Source of the DNA: an uncultured Bacillales bacterium
GTDB taxonomy: Bacteria > Bacillota_I > Bacilli_A > RF39 > UBA660
Assembly (NCBI GenBank): GCA_946402785.1
Contig: CAMIXP010000001.1
Location: 1 to 33,715 of the forward strand
DNA: 33,715 nt
Direction of reading: 5' to 3'
In this document: one piece after another, positions 9,233-16,732 of the stretch
How the letters are laid out: every line of letters starts with the position of its first letter
Position numbering within the stretch: the stretch's first letter is position 1
Position numbers and translations under genes: made by a program
The notes under the pieces: model-generated
Told to the model about the DNA's origin: nothing
Seen by the model: the letters and a program-made list of their open reading frames with translations, nothing else
Databases searched by the model: none

Positions 9233-9863
9233 AAAAAAAAAGTAGATTCACTACTTTTAATTTTTTTGGAATTGTTTGGCTATCGCAATAGTAAACTTTG
9301 AGCCTTAGGTCAAGTAGGATTTCCCTAATTCTTACAAGTTCGTTACCAAACTTGCGGTTCCCCTTTACTAGAATTAATATGGTGTTACCATTCCATACGA
9401 CTTGATTACCACTTAGTGCCCACTGCAATCCTATTTTGAAATACATCCTAGGAGATTTCCTCTCCAACACTTTATTCCTAATTCTTTTTTGCAAAAACAA
9501 TTTCAAAGCGCAATACGAAATAGAAAGTGGCCGCTTCCTATTTGTAAGTTCGTTTATCCCAATGTTTCCACTCAAGACAGGCTACGCTGCACATAGCTTG
9601 CGCCACATTACAGGTTTTATCCCATTTCGTAACAAATCATCAGATGTTGTCCGTATAGATTTGCCACAAGAATGGGTCTCCACGAATAGTGGGTCGTGAT
9701 TCATATGCCATTATGAGTCGCCCAAAATTCTCATCTCCAGCATCCACCCCAAACTGGGCGTAAGAAGCAGACACCAAAGGTTTCACAGATATGCCCTTTA
9801 ACGATCTTTTAAACTCGTCTTCATAATAAAGTAATTGACTAGAATAATGTGCCATCAATTACG
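9233..9863 (-). ncRNA. large (~0.6 kb) structured non-coding RNA, class unresolved (OLE/ROOL-type candidates)
   Basis: Bounded by a perfect promoter (9870-9898) and an AAAAGUAG-ugaau-CUACUUUU hairpin plus U-run (9233-9259). Visibly more G+C-rich than the flanks. Many nested helices are present: 9855-62/9831-38; 9461-65/9451-55; and 9427-32/9316-21 enclosing 9370-76/9326-32 enclosing 9349-54/9335-40. The only ORFs lack an SD. Confidence 0.7.
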
Positions 9864-9869
9864 ATAAAC

Positions 9870-9898
9870 ATTATAGCATATTTTCAAAAAAATGTCAA
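9870..9898 (-). promoter_or_regulatory. consensus sigma-A promoter of the large ncRNA
   Basis: Minus strand reads TTGACA (9893-9898), a 17-nt spacer, then TGcTATAAT (9870-9878). Both hexamers are perfect and the extended -10 TG is present. Confidence 0.8.
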
Positions 9899-9913
9899 AT
9901 GTGTCAAGTGAAA

Positions 9914-12193
9914 TTACTCTCCTAAAAACTTTCTTAAAACATCCATATCTTTATGAGTTTGTTCTATTAATTCGTCGTAACTATCTTTTACAAATTCAAT
10001 TCGATTATCACGACTTAATAGTTCTTGATTGTATGCTAAATCTGCAAGTCTTGTCATACCCATATAACGGGCATCTCCTTTTAATGCGTGTGCTACTGCA
10101 CTATAATTTTTCATATCTTCTTTATATAGATATTCTTCTAGTTTCTCTAGTTTATTTGGATAGTCTTTTAAAATATCTTTTGCTGTTTCACGATACATAT
10201 TCATATCTACTAATGTCTCTAATGCTTTCTTTAAATCAAATCCATTTTCTTCTAGATAAGCAATATTTCCAGTTGGTTCTATTTCATGAGTCGTTGTTTC
10301 TTCTACTGGTTCTAATTCTTCTACTTCTTCTTTTTTAGAAGTTTCTTTTCCTAGAAAGTCTAGTAATAATTCTTCTAATAAAATCTTATCAATTGGTTTT
10401 GATAGATATCCATCAAATCCCATCAATATGTATTTTTCTTTTACTCCGGATAAAGCATTTGCGGTTAAGGCAATGACAGGTGTTTTGAAATCTTCTTTTT
10501 TCTTTAGTTTTTCTAATACTTCAATTCCTGTCATTTCTGGCATTTGATCATCTAATAAGATTAAATCATAATTGTTGTTTTCTTCTACTTTATCCATACA
10601 TTCTTGTCCACTGGATGCGAAGTCTAGTTTTAAATTGTATTTTTGTAGAAGTCTCTTCGCAACTTTTAAGTTTACGCTATTATCATCTACAATTAATACT
10701 TTTTGTCCATTTCCTTTGAAGTTTTCTCTTGTGATGGATGGATCTGTTTCTTCTAATTCTTCTAAGGATTTATTTAAAATATTCTGTTTGATTTTAATTT
10801 CAAAAGTAGTTCCTTCTCCATAGGTACTATCTACATGGATGGTTCCACCCATTAAGTCTACTAATTTTTTGGTTAAAGCAAGACCTAGTCCTGTACCTTC
10901 TACATTGATATTTTTCTTAGTATCGAATCGTTTGAATTTCGTAAATAATTTCTTTAAGTCTTCTTCTTTGAATCCCATTCCTGTATCTTTTACACGAATG
11001 ATTAAGATTCCTGTTTCTTCATCTAACTTATCGAAATCCATTTCTAATTGAACATACCCTTTTTGCGTATACTTTATAGCGTTCGTTAGAAGGTTAACGG
11101 CTACTTGTTTAATTCTTACATAGTCTCCATATAATACAGGAGGAATATCATTACTATATTTATGAATAAATTGTAGTTTTTTGTCCCCTATTCTTCCTTG
11201 GGTCATGGTTACTAAATATTTATATACTTTTGGTACTCCATATTCTACATTAACGATTTCAAATCGATCGGATTCAATTTTTGAAATATCTAGAATTTCA
11301 TTAACTAATTCTAGTAAAGTATCCGATGCACTTGCGATATCTTCAATATCTTCTTTTACTTCTGGTTCTAATGGTTGTTCCAAAAGACTGTGTGAGAATC
11401 CAATAATCGCATTTAATGGAGTTCTTAATTCATGAGACATATCGGATAAGAAATCTGTTTTTGCATGGTTTGCTTTTTCTGCATCATTCTTTGCTTTTCT
11501 TAATTCTTTTACGATTTCAAAGTCTGGATTTTCATAAGCAAATACCGAAAAATACATGATTGTAATACAAAATACTAAGAATGCTGTAATTAATAGAAAT
11601 GCTGGGTTAAATAATTGAATCATGGTTGCTAAACCACCAAGAGCTGTTACGGATACAATTGGTACAATCTTTCTTGCTGGTAAGTCTTTTGCTCTTACAA
11701 TTAATAAAGACATCCATACTAAGATACAGAATCCGCCAATAATATAAGTAATGGTAGTAGCTGGTCCATAACTATACATGATATGAGCATCTTTCACATA
11801 AATATAAGTTGGTGCTAAGATAATAGCCATACTGATAATTACAATTAAATAGAAGATGATACTACGAATGGATTTATATTGTTTTATTTTTGTTTCATTA
11901 TCACTTACATTGGTAATAATAATGGCATATTCTGTATAGATTAATGCAAAACAAATTAATGTTATTAAGTAGCCTTTTGCTGAAAAAATTGCAAAAGCAG
12001 AATTTGGGTTTTCAAAGGCAGTTGCAATGGATACCATATCAAAAATCGCACTAAAAATTCCAACAATTACTAAATTGCGGAAGATGTAGTTTTCGGCACT
12101 TTCTAATTTCTTCTTACAATAGAATACAATTCCTATTAATAAGATATAAAGAAGTGAAATGAATTGGATAAAAATATTCTCATATAGTATCAT
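9914..12193 (-). CDS. hybrid sensor histidine kinase (multi-TM sensor, HisKA, HATPase_c, REC, HPt)
   Basis: About 7 N-terminal TM helices. H-box is SHELRTPLNAI. N-box is LLTNAIKYT. G-boxes are DTGMGF and GTGLGLAL. Receiver motifs are LIVDDN...LILLDDQMPEMTG...LSKP. C-terminal HPt is AHALKGDARYMG. ATG follows AAGGGG. Confidence 0.9.
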   Translation of the reverse strand: MILYENIFIQFISLLYILLIGIVFYCKKKLESAENYIFRNLVIVGIFSAIFDMVSIATAFENPNSAFAIFSAKGYLITLICFALIYTEYAIIITNVSDNETKIKQYKSIRSIIFYLIVIISMAIILAPTYIYVKDAHIMYSYGPATTITYIIGGFCILVWMSLLIVRAKDLPARKIVPIVSVTALGGLATMIQLFNPAFLLITAFLVFCITIMYFSVFAYENPDFEIVKELRKAKNDAEKANHAKTDFLSDMSHELRTPLNAIIGFSHSLLEQPLEPEVKEDIEDIASASDTLLELVNEILDISKIESDRFEIVNVEYGVPKVYKYLVTMTQGRIGDKKLQFIHKYSNDIPPVLYGDYVRIKQVAVNLLTNAIKYTQKGYVQLEMDFDKLDEETGILIIRVKDTGMGFKEEDLKKLFTKFKRFDTKKNINVEGTGLGLALTKKLVDLMGGTIHVDSTYGEGTTFEIKIKQNILNKSLEELEETDPSITRENFKGNGQKVLIVDDNSVNLKVAKRLLQKYNLKLDFASSGQECMDKVEENNNYDLILLDDQMPEMTGIEVLEKLKKKEDFKTPVIALTANALSGVKEKYILMGFDGYLSKPIDKILLEELLLDFLGKETSKKEEVEELEPVEETTTHEIEPTGNIAYLEENGFDLKKALETLVDMNMYRETAKDILKDYPNKLEKLEEYLYKEDMKNYSAVAHALKGDARYMGMTRLADLAYNQELLSRDNRIEFVKDSYDELIEQTHKDMDVLRKFLGE

Positions 12194-12238
12194 TTAGACA
12201 CCCCTTATTCTAGGTTAATTATACACTATTTTAGGCAT

Positions 12239-12266
12239 AAAAAAAACTACAATTTTGTAGTTTTTT
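12239..12266 (-). terminator. terminator after 12265..12948
   Basis: ACTACAA-tt-TTGTAGT hairpin flanked by A8 and T6. The minus-strand RNA ends in a U-run. Confidence 0.75.
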
Positions 12267-12948
12267 AATTGTTTCTAATCTTGTTTACGAACCAAGTAAT
12301 ATGTCCTGCCCATTCATTTCCTTCGCAGTATTTTGGTCCAATGGTTTCTGGAGTTGTTAATCCTAGTGCAAAGTAGTTTTTAGATAAATTATTAATTAGT
12401 CCTACAAGACCTTCATCTACCGTATCAAATTGCCTAAAAGCTCCTCCATTACAACTTGGTTTTCCTTTTTGACCTCCAAAGTTATAGCAGTATCTCGCTA
12501 GATTAGAGCATCCATTAGAACCCGTACATCCTGACTCTTGTGCAATGATAGCTACTACAATATAAGGATCTACCCCTTTATTTAGACTTTCTGTTGCGAT
12601 TAGTTCTCCTTTTCCTGCTACAATGTCGTTTCCTAAATGACGATTTAGACGAGCTGCTAATTCTTCTAATGTTTGTCCTTCGTATACTTCTACACGTGGT
12701 GGAACAATAATAGAAGCAGGAGCTGTTTCCATTTGTACTTCTGTTAATTTTAATGGCTCTGTCTTTTCTTCTTCCACTTCTTTTACTATCATGTTTGTAC
12801 TAGCAGCCATATTCTTTATATCAAAACTGCTCTTAACAGTTTCTTTTTTCATGGTCGTTTCTGTGTTGTTTTGCATGAATAATCCAACGGAAATCATCAA
12901 AACACCAACTAATGAAGTAAATAAGCATATCATTCTCAAACTTCTCAT
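12265..12948 (-). CDS. secreted cell-wall hydrolase-like protein (glucosaminidase/FlgJ-like lysozyme-fold domain)
   Basis: Signal/TM segment MRSLRMICLFTSLVGVLMISVGLF. C-terminal segment is DPYIVVAIIAQESGCTG...YNFGGQKG...FRQFDTVDEGL, with a catalytic-Glu context like the PF01832 family. It is unusually Cys-rich. Confidence 0.55.
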   Translation of the reverse strand: MRSLRMICLFTSLVGVLMISVGLFMQNNTETTMKKETVKSSFDIKNMAASTNMIVKEVEEEKTEPLKLTEVQMETAPASIIVPPRVEVYEGQTLEELAARLNRHLGNDIVAGKGELIATESLNKGVDPYIVVAIIAQESGCTGSNGCSNLARYCYNFGGQKGKPSCNGGAFRQFDTVDEGLVGLINNLSKNYFALGLTTPETIGPKYCEGNEWAGHITWFVNKIRNN

Positions 12949-12980
12949 TTTCTCACCTCATCAACCTTAATGTAATTAAT

Positions 12981-13009
12981 ATTCTATCCCAAGAATGAGG
13001 CTTTGTCAA
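12981..13009 (-). promoter_or_regulatory. sigma-A promoter for 12265..12948
   Basis: Minus strand reads TTGACA-N17-TAGAAT. Confidence 0.6.
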
Positions 13010-13068
13010 TTGCCTTTATTTGTTGAAAAATCAAGGACTATCTTTCTCATTTGTTGATATTTCGACAT

Positions 13069-13094
13069 AAAAAAAACTAGAAGTTTTTCTAGTT
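13069..13094 (-). terminator. terminator after 13097..13687
   Basis: Minus strand reads AACTAGAA-aaac-TTCTAGTT followed by a T-run. Confidence 0.8.
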
Positions 13095-13096
13095 TT

Positions 13097-13687
13097 TTAC
13101 CAACTTACATAGATATCGATAATACCATAAGCACAACCAGAATCATATACTTTTGCGGGTCCTAAGGATGTAATTAAGATAGATCCTTTTGGCATATAAG
13201 CTCCATCGGCAGCTACACAGATATATCCATCTCCATCACGAATCGTACCATCGTCCGCAACGTGACGTCCTGGAATATTTAAACTGTTTCCTGGTAATAC
13301 TTTTTCTGAGTAGTAAGTTTCCTTATGACCATTGAAGTATAAGGCACCTTTTGCTACGGATAAACGATCCCATGAGTAAGTATATAATGCTGAGTATTCC
13401 ATGTGTAGTGTTCCTGCATAAAGAGCTTCTTCCCTTTGTGCAATTGTCATATCATCATACATTTCTTGGAATGTCTTTTGTATGGTTGCTGGTGCAATAT
13501 TCAATGTTGTTGGAACCATATCTTCTGCTTGAATTCCTTTATCTTCTTTTTGAATTACTAAGCTAGAAGCCATACTATTTATATCTATCGAATTTGCTAA
13601 ATTATTTTGTTTGATAGCTGTTAATGAAACATATGCCACCAATACTGCCAAGAAGACTGTATAGCAAATCATTCGAATTTTTTTCAA
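13097..13687 (-). CDS. secreted 3D-domain protein (MltA/YocH-type cell-wall-associated)
   Basis: C-terminus GYICVAADGAYMPKGSILITSLGPAKVYDSGCAYGIIDIYVSW matches the 3D-domain pattern. The track start TTG at 13696 abuts GGAGG. TTG at 13687 (9-nt spacing) gives the signal peptide M-KKIRMICYTVFLAVLVAYVSLTA. The start choice is uncertain. Confidence 0.7.
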   Translation of the reverse strand: MKKIRMICYTVFLAVLVAYVSLTAIKQNNLANSIDINSMASSLVIQKEDKGIQAEDMVPTTLNIAPATIQKTFQEMYDDMTIAQREEALYAGTLHMEYSALYTYSWDRLSVAKGALYFNGHKETYYSEKVLPGNSLNIPGRHVADDGTIRDGDGYICVAADGAYMPKGSILITSLGPAKVYDSGCAYGIIDIYVSW

Positions 13688-13714
13688 TCTATTCAACCTC
13701 CATTGTTACGTAAA

Positions 13715-13743
13715 ATTATACCATATTTTGGCCAAATAGTCAA
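13715..13743 (-). promoter_or_regulatory. sigma-A promoter for 13097..13687
   Basis: Minus strand reads TTGACT-N17-TGgTATAAT. Confidence 0.65.
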
Positions 13744-13757
13744 TTTTGGCGGGTCTG

Positions 13758-13766
13758 TGGTATAAT
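13758..13766 (+). promoter_or_regulatory. extended -10 element for the Sir2 gene
   Basis: TGgTATAAT lies 16 nt upstream of ATG 13782. There is no good -35. Confidence 0.4.
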
Positions 13767-13781
13767 GAAACTGGTGATACT

Positions 13782-14507
13782 ATGAAAGATGTTGATACAC
13801 TCATTTCTTGGATAAAGGATGCTAAAAAGATTGTATTTTTTGGTGGTGCTGGTGTTTCTACAGAGTCCGGTTTAAAAGATTTCCGTAGTAAAGATGGATT
13901 ATACAATGAAAAGTATGATTACCCACCAGAAGAGATTTTGTCTCATCATTTCTTTATGCAAGAGACAGAGGAATTTTATAAATTCTATAAAGATAAATTA
14001 AATACCAAAGGATTTAAACCTAATATTACTCATATCGTTCTTGCGGAGATGGAAAAGAAAGGAATGCTTTCTTCTGTCATTACACAAAATATTGATGGAT
14101 TTCACCAAGAAGCTGGATCGAAAAATGTATTAGAACTACATGGTTCTATCAAACGAAACTATTGTAGAAAATGTAACAAGTTCTATGATGAAAAAGCAGT
14201 CTTTGATTGTGATGGTGTTCCTCATTGTACTTGTGGTGGTATCATTAAACCAGATGTTGTTTTATATGAAGAAGGGTTGGATCCTGATACGATTGAAAAA
14301 GCAATTCATGAAATTTCTACTTGTGACTTATTAATCATTGGTGGAACAAGTCTTAATGTATACCCTGCTGCTTCTTTTATCCGTTATTTTCACGGAAATC
14401 ATATGGTTTTAATTAACCGAGGAGAAACTCCTTATGATCATATGTGTGACTTAGTGATTCATAAGAACATTGGAGATGTATTTCAGAAAATAAAAAAAGA
14501 GATTTAA
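13782..14507 (+). CDS. cobB: NAD-dependent protein deacylase, Sir2 family
   Basis: GGAGVSTESGLKDFRS, TQNIDGFH and ELHGS motifs. Zn ribbon is CRKCNKFY...CTCGG. The track start at 13746 is TTG inside the promoter, so ATG 13782 is used. Confidence 0.9.
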   Translation: MKDVDTLISWIKDAKKIVFFGGAGVSTESGLKDFRSKDGLYNEKYDYPPEEILSHHFFMQETEEFYKFYKDKLNTKGFKPNITHIVLAEMEKKGMLSSVITQNIDGFHQEAGSKNVLELHGSIKRNYCRKCNKFYDEKAVFDCDGVPHCTCGGIIKPDVVLYEEGLDPDTIEKAIHEISTCDLLIIGGTSLNVYPAASFIRYFHGNHMVLINRGETPYDHMCDLVIHKNIGDVFQKIKKEI

Positions 14508-14518
14508 TCTCTTTTTTC
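14492..14518. terminator. bidirectional terminator between convergent genes
   Basis: A7-AAGAGATT-t-AATCTCTT-T5, spanning both stop codons. Confidence 0.75.
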
Positions 14519-15937
14519 AATTGGTTTCCAAGTTGTTTGCTTTCTTGCATTTTCTTTTGAAAGATTATATCCAAAGATTGTTTTATCATTTCTCTTATCC
14601 ATATGTCCTATATAGAATCTAAAACTATTTTTATCTATTTCTTTTATCTTGTCATCTTTTTCTATCATTTTATTTAATTTTCTTAATTGATTTAGATTAT
14701 CATAATTCGTATTTTGTAAGTAATATAAATCAATCTTACCTGTTCTTTCATATCTCTTGATATTGTTTTCAGCAATGATTTGATCTACTGAGAAACAGTT
14801 AATGACAGAATACATAATGACTGGGATTACTACGTAGAAACTCATAATATTTAAATTCTTATTGATAATATAATAAATCGTTGGGAGTAATAAAATAGCT
14901 TCTGTTAGAAGGATTGCATATACTCCTAATCTTAATACGGTATATCCATAAGCTGCTTCATATAAAGACATTCTTAAATAAGATGAATAAATAATAATGA
15001 ATGTTAAGATGACCATTAAAATACTTAATATTTTTGTTTTGATTTCTTCTTTGCATTTCTTCGATAATAAAATGATTGTAATATTAATGAAAGAAATAAT
15101 CATTAATTGGAAGAATCCACTTCTTGCATAATCTGCATAGTTAAAACCAGATGCTACTCTATGAAGCATTAATGAATTAATTTGAATAATATCAAATACT
15201 ACATAAATAACATTTAAACAGATTAATAATAGATTCAAAGTAAATGGATCTTTTTCTTTTGAATCTTTCTTTACTCTTTTTTCTTTTAAGTACTGATCTT
15301 TTAAGAAGAATATGGTTGATCCTAAATAGAAGAATAATAATACAAAGAAGAATATCCTTGTAAATACTTCTTCAAATGAGAACCATTTTAAATCAATTTT
15401 GAATACTTTTAAGAATAAATCTCCAAAGATACTATCTGCACTTGCTAATAGAAGAAGAACTACTAATACAATTGGTATTACAACTAGTAATGCTTTTAAT
15501 ACTTTGTAGTCTTTCTTTTTCGTTTCCGTTTTCTTAGTTGGTTTTGGAATCAATTTTACTTCTTCTTTGGTATATAGACCCATTGCATTTAATGGTTTTA
15601 CCATTAAGTTTAATACTTCTACTACGACATCCCCTATTGTTTTTACTGGTTTGATCGTAAATATGTAGAATAAGAAATATAAAATTGGGATCACCAATAC
15701 ATTTAAGTATTTTAATGTATTATCATATACAAAATATGTTATGGATAAAAGAATAATTGGGATTAAGAATAATAATCCTGCTTTATTTTTGATGAGTTTA
15801 TTTTCTTTCATCATATATAGAATGAATCCTGTTAATGGAATCATAAAACATACTACATTGATTCCCCATGACTGATTGACTAAGAGAATGGAATGTAAGA
15901 TACATAATAAAATGATTCCGATTGTTAGTTTTTTCAT
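14504..15937 (-). CDS. polytopic membrane protein (DUF4153-like)
   Basis: More than 10 hydrophobic helices, then a soluble C-terminal tail. Third gene of the DUF2975/HTH cassette. ATG follows AAGGAG. Confidence 0.6.
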   Translation of the reverse strand: MKKLTIGIILLCILHSILLVNQSWGINVVCFMIPLTGFILYMMKENKLIKNKAGLLFLIPIILLSITYFVYDNTLKYLNVLVIPILYFLFYIFTIKPVKTIGDVVVEVLNLMVKPLNAMGLYTKEEVKLIPKPTKKTETKKKDYKVLKALLVVIPIVLVVLLLLASADSIFGDLFLKVFKIDLKWFSFEEVFTRIFFFVLLFFYLGSTIFFLKDQYLKEKRVKKDSKEKDPFTLNLLLICLNVIYVVFDIIQINSLMLHRVASGFNYADYARSGFFQLMIISFINITIILLSKKCKEEIKTKILSILMVILTFIIIYSSYLRMSLYEAAYGYTVLRLGVYAILLTEAILLLPTIYYIINKNLNIMSFYVVIPVIMYSVINCFSVDQIIAENNIKRYERTGKIDLYYLQNTNYDNLNQLRKLNKMIEKDDKIKEIDKNSFRFYIGHMDKRNDKTIFGYNLSKENARKQTTWKPIEKRD

Positions 15938-15938
15938 A

Positions 15939-16145
15939 TTATTTCTCCTTTTCGTAATCCAAGATATCTCCTGGTTTACAATCTAATACTTCACATATTT
16001 TTTCTAGAGTAGAAAATCTGATTGCTTTCCCTTTTCCTGTTTTTAAGATAGAAAGGTTTGCTTGTGTGATTCCTACTTTTTCTGCTAGTTCCTGAGAAGA
16101 TATTTTTCTTTTTGCCATCATGACATCTAAATTTACTATAATCAT
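15939..16145 (-). CDS. XRE/Cro-type HTH transcriptional regulator (YozG-like, 68 aa)
   Basis: MAKRKISSQELAEKVGITQANLSILKTGKGKAIRFSTLEKICEVLDCKPGDIL is the typical short YozG-type HTH. Confidence 0.85.
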   Translation of the reverse strand: MIIVNLDVMMAKRKISSQELAEKVGITQANLSILKTGKGKAIRFSTLEKICEVLDCKPGDILDYEKEK

Positions 16146-16155
16146 AAAATACCCC

Positions 16156-16620
16156 CTAAATTGTTAAGTCATTTTCTTCTTTGTATTCGGTTGCTTGATG
16201 TAGTAATAAGCTTAATGTCCATAAAGCAATTCCTACTCCAAAGAATAAAATCATTAAGAATAGTAATACCAATATGTAATTGATATAGGTATTATGAATG
16301 ACTAGTATCATTAATAATAGATCTAATAGCCATAAGGCACTCATAATGAATGATAAGTATCCCGTTGTTTGTAAGATTTTTACATTCTTCATGGTGAATG
16401 GTTCTTTCTTTTCTAAGGAATCAAACATCTTGTAAAACTGATAGGATATTCCTAACATCAATCCTCCATTTGGATATACAATTAACATCGAATAGATAAT
16501 ACTATAATTATTACTTAATAAGAATGGAACTAAGATAATAGATGGAATCGCTAATACAATTCCTACAATGACAATGATCTTTAATAAATGTCCCATTTTA
16601 TCAATCTCTTTTGGAAACAT
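16156..16620 (-). CDS. DUF2975-like four-TM membrane protein
   Basis: Small 4-TM protein immediately upstream of a YozG-like HTH, which is a conserved pairing. ATG follows GAAGGAGG. Confidence 0.6.
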   Translation of the reverse strand: MFPKEIDKMGHLLKIIVIVGIVLAIPSIILVPFLLSNNYSIIYSMLIVYPNGGLMLGISYQFYKMFDSLEKKEPFTMKNVKILQTTGYLSFIMSALWLLDLLLMILVIHNTYINYILVLLFLMILFFGVGIALWTLSLLLHQATEYKEENDLTI

Positions 16621-16643
16621 AAAATTCCTCCTTCACACTTTTC

Positions 16644-16671
16644 ATTATAGTTCTTTATTTTTGAAAGTCAA
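16644..16671 (-). promoter_or_regulatory. candidate promoter of the DUF2975/HTH/DUF4153 operon
   Basis: Minus strand reads TTGACT-N16-TATAAT. Confidence 0.5.
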
Positions 16672-16707
16672 TATATTTTTATTGTTTTTCGATAATTTGT
16701 GTCAACT

Positions 16708-16729
16708 AAAAAAAGTAGATTTCTCTACT
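16708..16729 (-). terminator. terminator after the ABC operon (16733..)
   Basis: Minus strand reads AGTAGA-gaaa-TCTACT followed by T7. Confidence 0.75.
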
Positions 16730-16732
16730 TTT

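Noticed and set aside
9231-9858. ORFs 9231..9575 (114 aa) and 9640..9858 (72 aa) on the minus strand inside the proposed ncRNA
   Set aside because: Neither has a Shine-Dalgarno sequence. The 72-aa ORF begins with TTG/ATG only ~5-10 nt from the predicted TSS. The 114-aa product is R/K/L-rich and looks like random sequence. The region's nested helices and raised G+C fit an RNA gene better.
9233-9863. Identification of the large RNA as RNase P RNA, tmRNA, SRP/6S RNA, a T-box or cobalamin leader, or an ORF-less group II intron
   Set aside because: The following hallmarks are all missing:
- GAGGAAAGUCC-type P4 strand near the 5' end (only a GAGGAAAUCUCC hairpin late in the RNA)
- tRNA-like acceptor end or tag ORF
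- GUGCG 5' end or domain V
- T-box or B12-box match beyond a few nucleotides

The length also exceeds that of typical leaders. The class is left unresolved rather than forced.
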